A program made the translations under genes and the position numbers. This document shows, one piece after another, positions 12,013-24,126 of a stretch of 63,736 nucleotides of DNA; position 1 is the first letter of the stretch, and each line of letters begins with the position of its first letter. The stretch comes from Gracilinanus agilis (Eukaryota): assembly GCF_016433145.1 (NCBI RefSeq), contig NC_058132.1, positions 88,355,754-88,419,489 on the forward strand, read 5' to 3'. The notes beneath the pieces were generated by a model. The model searched no databases. It was not told the origin of the DNA and was given only the letters and a program-made list of their open reading frames with translations.

Positions 12013-13542
12013 CTAATGCTTGATCATTTTTTAAGAGTTTGATAAGTATACTGATTGGGACTCAGGATACCTGGGTTCCAGTCACTCAGCATTCAACCAA
12101 CAAATCCAGGGCCTTCTCTTTGTATTCATATGTTTCTCTTTGCCCCACCCTCTTCTTTCCTTTTTCCCCTCCTCTCTATCACACATGCATCTCTTCATGC
12201 TTAGATAGAGCATGGAGAATCTCCTTTGCTCTCTCTCTTCTTTCCCTATTCAGTCACGAAAACAATAAGCAACAAATAACAAAATAATTTTAAAATTCCT
12301 ACAATTAGCAAATGTGTTTTTGAGTCTGGATGTGTGTGTGTTCTATTGGAATTGTGAGTGTCTTGAGAAATCGTATTGCCCATGGGCTCACTTGTGCATG
12401 TAGAGAGCATTGCCTTAGCAAGGAGAAGGATCAGCTCTTCATGTGAAACAGGAATGAAGAAGGACATAGTGACAGAAGGAATTCATCTAAGTAACATAAA
12501 GCCAAAAACAAAGGAGGGAAGAGATCTCTTGGGGAAGGGCCTACATTTTTTTTCAGTGAGATACCAAACAATGTTCTCAGCTGGCAGGGTGGAAAAGGAG
12601 AAACTGTGAGAAGTTCAAGAAGGAATAAAAAAGTTTTAGGAAAGAAACATAACTAAAGGCAAAGCAGTTTGCAAACCTCAAAGCACTCTATTAGCATCAG
12701 TAAATAATAACAATAAAAAATTTGAGAGAATGTTACTTATTATCAGTCCATCAATTAACAGGTATTTAGTTGTGCATTCTGTGTGTCAAGCACTATATTA
12801 AGTACTTAGGATAAAAAGAAACAGCAAAAACTATTCCTGATCTCCTTTAAGCAGGTTATATTCCAATGGGGAAGACAATACATACATAAATCATTGGTAA
12901 ATACTAGTATTGTGTTAGATAGTCTATTGTGATTTTGCATCAAAAGATAAAAGCCAGACATCGAAGCATAAAATCTTAGCTCTGTTTTCCTGAGTCCAAA
13001 ATTAACCCCATACTCAGAGTTGTAGAGATTCAGGATGAAATAGGAAAAAAGAATGGGCTAAAAAAAGATACTTTTTTTTCTGACTAGATTTTTTGCTCTA
13101 CCTTCCCACTATATATCTATCACCCAAGTAACCTTATTATTTCTTTGCTCAAGAAGAAAATGTTTATTTATGAAACTTGAAATTCTGTGTATGGAAAATA
13201 AAAGCTCAAATCCACTCTAGCATTGGATGTTTTTGTTATTAGGATCTGGTGGCTAAAGTGATGAGTGAGTCTTATAAGATTTGCTTATACAGCTCACAGA
13301 TCTTACAGAGAGAAGGGGTGCATTTGAAGGAGCCAGATGGTCAGATGATATCAGTCCTGTAGAAGACATTGATTATTATTGATTGGTAGATGTTAAAGAG
13401 GAATTGTGATGGAAGTGTAAATGAAGACACAGAATGAGCTCTGATTCTGACATGCCTCTTGTTAATAAATAACCATATCTGGTGGTTTTCTTTTCAGTTT
13501 GTTCTCCAGAAAGAGTCCTGATTTTTCTTCATTTTTCACTTT

Positions 13543-14481
13543 ATGTCCCTGATCAATGCCACCCATTTCCGACCTTCTTTCTACCTTATTGGTTTCCCTG
13601 GTTTGGAGGCCATTCAACACTGGATCCTTATCCCCTTCTGCCTTATGTATCTGGTGGCCATCTTGGGCAACTGCTTCATCCTGTTCATCATTAAGACAAA
13701 CTCTCATCTCCATACCCCCATGTACTACCTCCTCTCACTGTTGGCCTTCAATGACCTTGGCCTCTCGGTGTCCACACTGCCCACCACATTGGTCACTTTC
13801 TGGTTTGGGACCCAGGACATCTATTTTGGCACCTGTCAGTTCCAGATGTTTTGTATCCACTCCTTCTCCTTCATGGAGTCTGCTGTACTCCTTGTTATGT
13901 CATTCGACCGTTTTGTGGCCATCTGTTGCCCATTGCGGTACTCAGTCATTGTCACAGGCCAGAGAGTGACTTGGACTGGCCTTGCCATCATCCTTAGGGG
14001 TCCTGTAGCCCTGCTCCCAATTGTTCTCCTCCTCCAAGCCTTTCCGTATTGTGGACGTCGGACTCTCTCACACTCTTTCTGTCTGCACCAGGATGTGATC
14101 CGCCTAGCCTGTGCAGATACCACCTTTAATAATCTGTATGGATTGAGCCTGGTGGTATTCACTGTGGTTCTTGATCTGGTCTTCATTGCCCTGTCCTATG
14201 CACTCATTCTTCACGCTGTGATGGGTCTGGCCTCCCGAGAAGAACAGCTACGAGCCTTTCAGACATGTACCTCACATCTCACTGCTGTATTGGTCTTCTT
14301 TGTGCCCATGGTGGGTCTGTCCTTAGTACACCGCTTCGGAAAGCATGCTTCACCTGTTGTCCACCTCCTCATGGCTAACATCTACCTGTTTGTGCCTCCC
14401 ATGCTCAACCCCATCATCTACAGCATCAAAACCAAGGAGATTCGCCGGGCAATTGTTAAACTTATGGTGCGACTAAAATAG
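13543..14481 (+). CDS. OR51M1: Class I olfactory receptor OR51M1 orthologue, intact (312 aa)
   Basis: Diagnostic segments [42 protein letters not shown] and RAFQTC closely match recalled human OR51M1. Predicted acceptor ttttcttttcAG ends at 13497. Confidence 0.93.
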   Translation: MSLINATHFRPSFYLIGFPGLEAIQHWILIPFCLMYLVAILGNCFILFIIKTNSHLHTPMYYLLSLLAFNDLGLSVSTLPTTLVTFWFGTQDIYFGTCQFQMFCIHSFSFMESAVLLVMSFDRFVAICCPLRYSVIVTGQRVTWTGLAIILRGPVALLPIVLLLQAFPYCGRRTLSHSFCLHQDVIRLACADTTFNNLYGLSLVVFTVVLDLVFIALSYALILHAVMGLASREEQLRAFQTCTSHLTAVLVFFVPMVGLSLVHRFGKHASPVVHLLMANIYLFVPPMLNPIIYSIKTKEIRRAIVKLMVRLK

Positions 14482-15624
14482 AGTTCTAGATAATAGGGTC
14501 AATGGAAGCCTTCCTGGGAGTGGGGTGGATAATGATTTCTTTTCTATTTTGTTAAGTTTGACAAATATTTATTAAACTTCTATTGGTACTAGTCAATGAG
14601 TTCTATCCTGAGAGAATACAAATTTCATTTAATATACAATTTCTGGGGTAAAACACCAACACAGGTAACCATAAAACAAAATGTAATGCTCCATTGTAGA
14701 TAGATGGACCCATTGAAAACCCGAGACAGCAATCATGATATCATAGCTCACTTTCATTGAGATATATCTAGAAGCATTGAATTTGGAATATTTCTGATCT
14801 AGGTGTCTTCAGTTCACTTGTAAATATTTAAGTTTATATAGTATGGAACATAGAATAAGCTCAGGACAGACTTCATCCAGGACAGTCTCACAAAGAGAGA
14901 CACACACAGATATTAGCTATTTTCAACTCAAATAAGATTTATTTTGAAACCCTCTGACCTGGATTCCCTTCTGGTCTCTTCAGTACATTCCATTCCCTAC
15001 CCACCTTTCTTCTCTCTTTAGTTCTGTGTAACATTAATGATTTTCTTCCTCTCATTTGGCTACTACGTTCTTCTCAAGCTCTCTGGGCTACTGAAGAAAC
15101 TGTCCTTTTTTTCTCTCCCAATTCATTTTTTAATTCATGGTCCCCAGGCTCAGCTCTCTCAAGTCATGGTTCTATAAATGTCCCCTGACACCTAACTTAA
15201 AAAAACACATTTACACGAAGCAAGTAAATCTCTCTCAGGGGCTTGTCATCTTATTCCCCTTGATCACAACAACGTCTAGTTATTGAACTTGTCAAAGCAC
15301 AGAGCCTAGGCTATGGAGTGGATCAGAAATTCTTGTACTATAGGAGATTCATTGAGATAGTACAATGGAGAGAATTTTACACCTGCAATCCGAAAAACTT
15401 GAATTCAAGTCTCACAAGAGACATTTACTAGCTGGGTGACTTTAGTCAAGTTAACCCCTCGGTGTTTGTTACCTCATATGTAAAATGAAGGGATTGGGTT
15501 TGAGGCCCTCAATGATCCCTTCTAGCTCTAAATCTGTGATTCCTGCCAGAGGGCCAGATCAGGAAACTGGATGATCTCAGACTCAGCTGGGGTAGATTAG
15601 TGGGAACTGTATGTAGGTATGATA

Positions 15625-15885
15625 TGGTCAGCTAGGTGGCACAGTGGGTGTACACAGAGTGTAGGACCTGGATTCAAGAGGACTCATCTTCTTGTGAGTT
15701 CATATCTGACCTCAGACAATTGCTAGTTGTTGGACCCGGGGCAATTCACTTCACTATGTTTGCCTCAGTTTCCTCATCTGTAAAGAGATGGAGAAGTAAA
15801 TGACAAACAACTTCAATATCTTTGCCAAGGTAACCTCAAATGGGGTCAGAAAGAATCAGACACAATTGAAACAAGTAAACAACAA
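15625..15885 (+). mobile_element. MAR1-type SINE
   Basis: CORE head plus RTE-derived tail GGAGAAGTAAATGACAAAC...CTTTGCCAAG...AATGGGGTC. Confidence 0.8.
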
Positions 15886-16689
15886 TATGACTATGTTACT
15901 TTTATAACTAAATGTATAACATGTGACATAGTAAACTTTTAAATATTTCCTTGTGAGTAATGTGGGGTCTGGGAGGTGGAAGAACCAGAATGTCTATTAT
16001 CAGCCTCAGTATGTAAGACTGTGTGATGGGCTGGAGATACTGAGCAACTGGCAGCAGCTGACTTATGGGAGAGAAATCTTTCCAGGGTTACCAAAATCGA
16101 AATAAAACAAACTGACCATGACATGAACATTTCAATGAGGAGCTAGCTTCTGTGACAAAATATATGCCAAGCAAGGCAAAACCTTGCCAGGGGCACCCCT
16201 TGTCTCCCATACAATAAATAGCCTCTACTCTGTTGTCAGCACAAGCTGAAATGTGACTCAGAACCTCAGACCTCTTGTGTTCCTGGCTTCCAAAGCAAAC
16301 CAATTTAACTGTCATTTACCAACGTTTTACTGTGTTAGAGGCACTTAGGTGAGTGCTGGAGACACAAAGTACTACAATGGCTAAACACAAAGTCAGAACC
16401 ATCTCCTCTTCCCTCTTCCTAGATCCTTTGTTCTCAGCAGAAGCCAGGTCTGTTTCCCCTGTTCTATCATAGATTGAGCTGAGCCCCAAAGGACCAGCCT
16501 CATCCATAGGATTGTGTTTATATAGCTAATTTATCAGTTGTTCAGATTCACAGATAGGGGTCCCTTAACCCAAGGAGAAGCTAGGAAACTCCCCAAATTA
16601 GAATATGGACAGAGTATCTCAGGAGGAGAATTTTTTTGAGGAATCCATAACCCCTAAAGGCAATCAGGGTATGTATAAAGCCCCACAAG

Positions 16690-16860
16690 ACATTAGCGAT
16701 ATCACCCTGGACAATTTTCTTAACCTTGTTTGCCTCAGTTTCTCCAATTGTAAAATGAGCTGGAGAAGGAAATGGCAAACCACTCCAATATCTTTGCCAA
16801 GAAAAAACCCAAAGTGGAGTCATAAGGAGTCAGACACCAATAAAAAGACTGAACAACAAT
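16690..16860 (+). mobile_element. MAR1-type SINE (5' truncated)
   Basis: Tail GGAGAAGGAAATGGCAAACCACTCC...GAGTCAGACAC. Confidence 0.8.
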
Positions 16861-17058
16861 ATGATTAAATGTTATTTTTATGACTAAATGTTCCACATGT
16901 AAGATAAACAAGAATCAGTCAAAATTCAGGAGCAGAGCCCAAGACCTTCAGATGCCCAAGAATAGTGTAAATTAAAAGACATCTAAAATCTCTGCCTCTT
17001 AGTGGCTAGCTATTGGGACTGTATTATCCTTACTAGGCATGTAGCTGTTTAGTGTGTT

Positions 17059-17531
17059 CTCTTCCTTCCTTNNNNNNNNNNNNNNNNNNNNNNNNNNNNN
17101 NNNNNNNNNNNNNNNNNNNNNNNNNNNNNNNNNNNNNNNNNNNNNNNNNNNNNNNNNNNNNNNNNNNNNNNNNNNNNNNNNNNNNNNNNNNNNNNNNNNN
17201 NNNNNNNNNNNNNNNNNNNNNNNNNNNNNNNNNNNNNNNNNNNNNNNNNNNNNNNNNNNNNNNNNNNNNNNNNNNNNNNNNNNNNNNNNNNNNNNNNNNN
17301 NNNNNNNNNNNNNNNNNNNNNNNNNNNNNNNNNNNNNNNNNNNNNNNNNNNNNNNNNNNNNNNNNNNNNNNNNNNNNNNNNNNNNNNNNNNNNNNNNNNN
17401 NNNNNNNNNNNNNNNNNNNNNNNNNNNNNNNNNNNNNNNNCCTTCCTTCCTTCCTTCCTTCCTTCCTTCCTCCCTCCCTCCCTCCCTTCCTTCCTTCCTT
17501 CCTTCCTCCCTTCCTTCCTTCCTTCCTTCCT
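17059..17531. repeat. (CCTT)n polypyrimidine repeat spanning an assembly gap
   Basis: CCTT units on both sides of Ns 17072-17440. Confidence 0.9.
17072..17440. other. Assembly gap
   Basis: Run of N. Confidence 1.
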
Positions 17532-17559
17532 TGTTGAAAGGCCTCCATTCAACAGAAGA

Positions 17560-17995
17560 TTATTAAAGGCTAGGCAATTGGGTTTAAGTGACTTGCCCCA
17601 AAAATGTCTGAGATTGGATTTGAACCCAGGACCTCTTATCTCTTGGCCTTGCTCTCTAGCCACTGAGTTAATCTAGCTGCCCCTAGTTATATATTTTTTA
17701 TCAACAAATTTCTTAAATGCTGCTTCTGAGCCAGGGTCTGTGCTAGGAATTGGGGATAAAAAGACAGAAATGAAAATCTCTCTTCTCAAGGAATTTACAG
17801 TCTATAGGAGAGATAACCTGTATGGTAGAAGTGGCAAACAAAAGATCTAAGTGACTGTTGTGACCCACAGCATTTCTGGCTCAATGGATTGAGAGTCAGA
17901 CCTGGAGATGGTTTGTCCTGGGTTCAAATCTGGCCTCAGATACTTCCTAGCTGTGTGATGCTGGGCAATACACAGTATTGATTCCAAGGTAAGTG
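17560..17995. mobile_element. Two head-to-head degenerate marsupial SINEs (minus 17560-17682, plus about 17870-17995)
   Basis: CORE-SINE motifs (GATTTGAACCCAGG on one strand, GGGTTCAAATCTGGCCTCAGA on the other). Confidence 0.7.
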
Positions 17996-19059
17996 TTATA
18001 AAAATAGTAGAAGAAGAAACTGGACAGATTTGGATAGGGGTGAGAGTCACTTTTATTGTCAGGGTATTTTATTTCTTGGACACAGTACTCTTCTCTAATT
18101 TCCAGGTTCATTCATGCATTCAATTATTATTCACTTACTTTGTCTTGAGCATTGTGCTCAGTTCTGGAGGAGAATTAAATTTGTTATTATTATTATTTTT
18201 TAAATTTAAAATATAATTTTTATTTCAGTTCCAAATTCTCTCCCTCCCTCCAGTCCTTACTCTTACTCCCCACCGCAAACAGAGAAGGCAAGAAATAGGA
18301 CATCCAAGCAATCAAGTTTATTGATCTCTGGTAATAGTGTCTGTTCTTATAAAGGGAAAATTAAGAGATAAGACAATAACTACAGATTAAAGCAAAATTA
18401 AATGAAACTCCTAATTTTACAGAGGAGAAAACCAAAGCCCAGAAATGGATAATGATTTTGTCCATCATCACACAGATAGTAGCAAAGCCAAGATCTGAAC
18501 AAAGATCTTTGGACACCAAATCTAGTGTTTCTTGCTGAGACAACAATCCACTCTCCTCAGTTTCCTTTGAATTCTACTGAGAGACAAAGTTGTACAGCGG
18601 ATTAAGTCCTGATCTGAATTAAGAAAAGCCTGCATTCAAATTCTGCCAGAGTCATTTATTAACTGTGTGATCCTGGGCAAATCATATGATGTCTCCCTTT
18701 AAATTTCTCATCTGGAAAGTGGGGATAATGATAGCTCATCAAGTTATTGTTGAGGCTCAAGAGAGAAAATTAATTGGAAGGATTTTTATAAGATTTAAGG
18801 TGTTTCATAAACACCTTATAAATTCCCTTGCATTTCCCTACCTTGGTTCTCAGGATCCTCCTCTTTAAAATGGAGAAAAGTGGAATTTAAATTATATGAT
18901 CCCTAAGGTCTCTTTTAACTTCAAATCCTAGGAACGATATATGGTTTTGCTATAATTTCCTGAGAGGAGACAAGAGGACACTGGATCCGCAAACCTGTGA
19001 TGGATGCCAAGGGATCACTGGGTAGAAGTGCATCAGGGATTGAGAATCCCTGATGAGTT

Positions 19060-19237
19060 TGAAGTCCCAGGGATAATTTATGAAAAGGGAGATGATATAA
19101 ATAAATATCCTGGCAGGGGAGGGGTACTCACAGGCTCTTGGGTACTGGGGACAAGAACCTTAAAGGGAGGCAGTACACAAGTCTGGCTTTACAAGTGTTG
19201 GCATAGAAGTCCTAGCTGGCAGAGAGGACAGGTGAGT
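19060..19237 (+). promoter_or_regulatory. Predicted promoter and first exon of OR paralog A
   Basis: O/E-like TCCCAGGGA (19065-19073) abutting TAATTT, GATATAAATA (19094-19103) and donor CAG|GTGAGT (GT at 19232). Homologous to 26975-27153. Confidence 0.6.
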
Positions 19238-19730
19238 GAATGCCAAGGTGAATGCTTGGAGAGAGTTAAGGCTGGTGTACAGTTTAGGCTGGGTAGAAAT
19301 GATGCCTGGTGGCAGGAACAGAATTTTGTATTATTGGCCTTGGGGAGAGGGAGAGATTCAGGTGAAAGAAAACATAGAATCATCACAATACCTCTTCCTT
19401 ATCTTTGTACAGCTTGCTTATATTACTTTCACAAACTCACCTGATCTTCAGGACAGTCCTCTGAGGCAAGGAAGACAGACAATTGTTTTAATCCTGTCCT
19501 GTTCAGTCCACATCTGTACTTATGTGAATATTAAGTCACAAAGAAGTGAAGAGATTTTCCAAAGGTCACACAGCTATCCAGGAATAGAACCTGGAATCAT
19601 GGATCAAATTCAGTTCTCCTGATTGCATGTCCAGTGTCTTACCATTATTTTCAACTCTCACAGGCTAAATTTCAAGGACATGTAAGAATATGCAAGAAGG
19701 GGCTGGAACTGCATCAGGAGACATATAGGA

Positions 19731-19733
<3 letters not shown>

Positions 19734-19779
<46 letters not shown>
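19734..19779. repeat. (CA)n microsatellite
   Basis: Direct reading. Confidence 0.98.
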
Positions 19780-19969
19780 GGCAAACTTCCTGCCAGGGAA
19801 TGGGTAAGACATTAGCAATGCCAAGGTAGGCAGTCATTGGCATCTCCATTCCTGGGAGTCATGGAAGGTTGGATTGATTCACATCTCACCAAGGAGAGAT
19901 CCTGACAAGAGACAGAAGACTGGATGAGATGGCCTCAAGGAGAGATGCCTTTACAAGACCAGCATTTCT

Positions 19970-20130
19970 GGGGCAGCTAAGTAACTCAGTGGATAGACTG
20001 CCAGGCCTGGAGTTGGGAGGACCTGGATTCAAATCTGGCCTCAAGTAACACTTTCTAGATCTTGGGCAAGACACTTAACCCATTTGTTTAGCCTTTGCCC
20101 TTCTGCCTTAGAGTTGATACTAGGACAGAA
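19970..20130 (+). mobile_element. Marsupial CORE SINE
   Basis: GGGGCAGCTAAGTAACTCAGTGGATAGA head. Confidence 0.8.
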
Positions 20131-20240
20131 TATGAGTTTTTTTTTTTAATACCAGTATTTCTGCATCTTCCAGTTACAGAACTTTCATCACTTACTCTTC
20201 CCTCTCAGTATCATTCAACCTCCCAGGCTATGTTCCTTAG

Positions 20241-20508
20241 CCAGATATATGCTGGGAATGGCTCAAAATGTCTTTGGAGAGCTGGTTGTTAAATTTTCAT
20301 TGTGAGCATTTATACCTCAAAAATCAGCAAATTATCTAAATCTGGACTTGATTTATTATTCTGCTGGTTGTCTCAACTTAAGAAAGTGCTGGAGAAAATG
20401 TTAATACTGCAGATTAAACTGAAATATTGTTTGTGGGTACAACCTTTATTCCTGAGATGTTAAATATTTAATTTATCACCCCAGTTGATAAACATCTACC
20501 AGCACATT
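20241..20508 (+). mobile_element. MER63-like hAT-Blackjack DNA transposon remnant
   Basis: Contains GAGCTGGTTGTTAAATTTTCA and GACTTGATTTATT...CTTAAGAAAGTGCTGGAGAAAATGTTAATACTGCAGATTAAACT, which match recalled MER63. Confidence 0.6.
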
Positions 20509-21149
20509 CTTGCCCTTCCCTTCCTCTCTTTCTCAGTCTTCCTCCTTCTCCTCCTTTCTCTTCAAGCTAATATTACTCCGTTTTCCTCAGTCTCCTTCAT
20601 GGCTCTTAATATGTTCTTTTCTAAACCTTGGTCTTCACTTTTCCTATCCTCTGTACTAGAGTATCTATCTCTCTCGGCCCTCCATCTATGTACCTCCAAT
20701 GGGAGAAGGCAACTGAGTGGAAAGAGAAGAGCCTTCACTTTGAACTGAAAAATGAGCAGGAGCAGGGAGAAAAAAAAACCAGATATAGCTACTAAACCAG
20801 ATCCACAATAAACATTAGGTATTGCCTGGAGAAAGGATTTTTAATCTTTTTATTCTGTTGTAAATGCCTTTGTAAATATAACAAAGTTTGCAGACTACTC
20901 GGAAGAATATTTTTAAACAAACAAAAGAAAATAAATAATATTGCAAAAAGTAACCAATTATATTGAACTATAGGTATCAGAAAAAAAAAATTTAAGGTCA
21001 CAGACCTCATATAAAGAACTTCTGACCTAGAGAAGAGTAGAATCAAGGATGCTTGGTAATTTGTAGAGGCTATGGTGGGAAGACAGAAAAGAATTAAGGT
21101 TTATGGGAACAGATCATTCACTTCTGTGCAGAGAATGGGAAAGAAACCA

Positions 21150-22255
21150 TGCTAATTTTTTTAAATTTAAAATTTATTTGCATATTACATTAAAATTCCC
21201 AGATATCTTCCTCCCTTTTCCCCTCCCCTCTCCACACTAAAGAAAGCATCATTAGACAAAAAGATATATGTATATATAAAACTATGTCTTGCTCATTTTT
21301 ATTTATCAATTCTTTCTCTGGAGGTAGACATATAGAAGATATTTTTGAAATTATATTTCTGTTGTATATAATGTTCTCTTGGTTCAGCTTGTTTTGCTGC
21401 AATAATTTCNNNNNNNNNNNNNNNNNNNNNNNNNNNNNNNNNNNNNNNNNNNNNNNNNNNNNNNNNNNNNNNNNNNNNNNNNNNNNNNNNNNNNNNNNNN
21501 NNNNNNNNNNNNNNNNNNNNNNNNNNNNNNNNNNNNNNNNNNNNNNNNNNNNCTTATGGTAGAATTACATTGCAAACAGCTTGTCTAGCTATTCCCCATT
21601 TGATGGATATCCCTTCAATTTCCAGTCCTTTGCCATTACAGAAAGAATTGTCATAACTATTTTAGAACATAGAGCTTCTTTTCCTTTCTCCCTGATCACT
21701 TTAGAAAACAAACCTACTATTGGTATTCTTGTGTATAAAAAATTTTAAAACTTTTGGGCATAATTCCAAATTGCTCTCCAAAATGGTTGAATTAGTTCAC
21801 AGTTCAACCAATAGTGTATTAGTGTCCCCACGTTTTCATTTTGTCCTTTTATCCCTTTAGTCAATCTGATAGTTGTGAGATGATGACTCAGAGTTGTTTT
21901 GATTTTCATTTCTCTTATCAACAACAATTTAGAGGATTTTTTCATATGGTTAAAAATAGCTTTGATTTCTTCATTAAAAACGTCTGATCATATCTTTTGA
22001 CCATTTATTAACTGGGGAATGACTCATATTTTTATAAATTTAACAAAATTCTCTCCATATTTTACATGAGAGAGACCTCCGAGAAACTATAAAATTTCCT
22101 CTTAATTTTCTACTTTCCTTCCAATCTTAGCTATAAAACTTCTTGATTTAATGTAGTCAAAATTATACATTTTATACCCCTCAACGATTTCTGTCTCTTG
22201 TTTATCCATAAAATCTTCTCCTACCCATAAATCTGATATGTAATATGTTCAATTA
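21150..22255 (-). mobile_element. L1 3' fragment (ORF2 C-terminus plus 3' UTR), spanning a gap
   Basis: ORF 21745-21945 reads SKLLLIREMKIKTTL...GTLIHYW...ELIQPFWRAIW, the L1 ORF2 C-terminus. Confidence 0.9.
21410..21552. other. Assembly gap
   Basis: Run of N. Confidence 1.
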
Positions 22256-22261
22256 CAATTT

Positions 22262-22892
22262 TATAGGAGAAACACACCCAAGTTTGTAGCAGGGTCTTGC
22301 CTCAAGAATAGGAGACTCAAATTCTATTCAGAGAAGTAAGAAAAATAATTTCTTATGAAGAAGAGGTTTATAGTGGTATAATAGCCTAGTAGCTGGAGAA
22401 ATAGTCTGGGGCTAATCAGATAGTCTTCGGGCTGATGGATTAACCCAGGGGCTAATAGAGTAGTCTCTCTGGAGCTGATGGAATAGCAGCTCTCCAGATA
22501 TGGAATGGCAGCTCCAGCTGTGGAATTGTAGTCCCCAGCCGATGGAATAGCAGCTCCAAAGCCCTGGAATTGATCGGATAGTCTTGGGGTTGATGGATTA
22601 GTAGCAACTCCATCTGTGTAGTAGTAATCCATCCTTTGGCATAGCAACTCAAGGTGTGGATCAGGGTTTGCATATTTATTAGGGTCTGAGAGCTTGTCAT
22701 CTCTCAGTCTAGGGAAGTCTTCACCTTTCCTGAAAACTCTGGAAAATAGGGATGGCCAAATTTGGGTGGAGGTGTGTTTGGGGGTTTGAAATAGAAGAAT
22801 AGGGAGCACATGCAGTTTGGGGGGATCCTTTTGGAATGCCAGAGTCCTTGGTGATCATGCCCAATGTTCTCCCATTGTCCACCTTGTCATCA
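22262..22892 (-). mobile_element. Probable solo LTR in the predicted intron of paralog A
   Basis: Minus-strand AATAAATATGC TATA-like box, internal short tandem repeats (GATGGAATAGCAGCTC x2) and a TATAAACCTC poly(A)-like site. It abuts an L1 fragment. TSD not resolved. Confidence 0.55.
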
Positions 22893-23181
22893 TTTTTCAA
22901 TGTGGGCTAAATAATTATGGGATCTCATTCGGTCATTAAAGGAAACTCCTTCATTTTATAGATGAGAAAACTAAGGTTTGGTGATTGACAAAGGATACAG
23001 AAAAGAAGGGTAAAATTGAGGGGGTGGGAATGGAGACTTTAAGTGAAGCCTGTTTCAAAAGCAATGATCACGGAGATTCAGCCCAGGCCAGAATAGTCAG
23101 AAGGTAAGTAAGAGAACATTGACCTCTTTTTTATTCTATTGACTACTCAATCCCTAATTATCCCAGGAAGAATTTCCAAGG

Positions 23182-24126
23182 ATGCCTAACCTGCCCAGGA
23201 CCAACTTCAGCTTCACCACCTTCTTGCTGACTGGTTTCCCAGGCCTGGAGTGGGCTCACTGCTGGATCTCCCTGCCCATCTTTGCAGGCTATCTAGTAGC
23301 TCTTCTGGGCAACATCACCATCCTGCACCTGGTCCGCACAGAGAACTCCCTGCATCAGCCCATGTACTACTTCCTGGCAATCCTAGCAGTGACAGACCTG
23401 GGTCTCTGCATGTCAACTCTGCCCACAGTGCTGGGCGTGCTGTGGTTTGATGCACGGACCATTGGGCTGGTGTCTTGCATCCTGCAGCAGCATTTCCTCC
23501 ACTCCTTCTCTTTCGTGGAATCTGCTGTGCTCTTTGCCATGTCCCTGGACCGCCTGGTGGCCATTCGCTTCCCACTGCGCTATGCCACAATCCTCTCTGG
23601 CCCCCGTGTGGCACTGGCTGGGGCAATACTGGGTCTGAGGAGTGCTGTTATCACAGCAGCCCCCTCAATCCGCTTGTTCACCTTCCGGTACTGTCACCCT
23701 GGAGCCCTCTCTCATGCCTATTGTGTACACCAAGACATGATCCACCTGGCCTGCTCTGATACCCACTTCAATAGCATCTATGGGCTGTGCCTCATCATGC
23801 TGGCCATGGGCTCTGATGTTCTCTTCATTCTGGTCTCCTATACCATTATTCTCCACACTGTACTCTCTATTGCCTCTGCCAGGGAGAGACTTAAAGCCCT
23901 CAACACATGTGTGTCCCACATCCTGGCTGTGTTGTGTTTCTATGTACCTGTGCTTGGCTTATCCATTGTTCACCGCTTTGGACGCCATGCTTCCCCTGTT
24001 GTGCATGTGCTTATGGGCACAGTTTCAGTGCTTTTCCCACCTTTGATGAATCCTGTGATCTATAGTGTCAAGACACATCAGATCCGTCGAGCCATCCTCA
24101 AGGTGGTCTCTTTGGGGAAACACTGA
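23182..24126 (+). CDS. Class I olfactory receptor, family 51, paralog A (314 aa), intact
   Basis: OR motifs [32 protein letters not shown] and [13 protein letters not shown]. Near-identical to 35673-36620. Possibly related to mouse Or51ai2 (recalled, unverified). Confidence 0.95.
   Translation: MPNLPRTNFSFTTFLLTGFPGLEWAHCWISLPIFAGYLVALLGNITILHLVRTENSLHQPMYYFLAILAVTDLGLCMSTLPTVLGVLWFDARTIGLVSCILQQHFLHSFSFVESAVLFAMSLDRLVAIRFPLRYATILSGPRVALAGAILGLRSAVITAAPSIRLFTFRYCHPGALSHAYCVHQDMIHLACSDTHFNSIYGLCLIMLAMGSDVLFILVSYTIILHTVLSIASARERLKALNTCVSHILAVLCFYVPVLGLSIVHRFGRHASPVVHVLMGTVSVLFPPLMNPVIYSVKTHQIRRAILKVVSLGKH

Noticed and set aside
17033-17663. Long ORFs with GRKE repeats and X runs (also 37066-37447 and 21284-21575)
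   Set aside because: Artefacts of (CCTT)n repeats and N gaps.
19004-19444. 146-aa ORF over the paralog A promoter
   Set aside because: No known motif, and the homologous region at about 27 kb has no corresponding ORF.
19848-19866. CCTGGGAGTCATGGA resembling recalled human LCR HS3 sequence
   Set aside because: Short match only, with no GATA/CACC array. The paralogous copy at about 27866 does not keep it.
22324-22809. 161-aa minus-strand ORF
   Set aside because: Lies within a probable LTR with internal tandem repeats and has no protein features.
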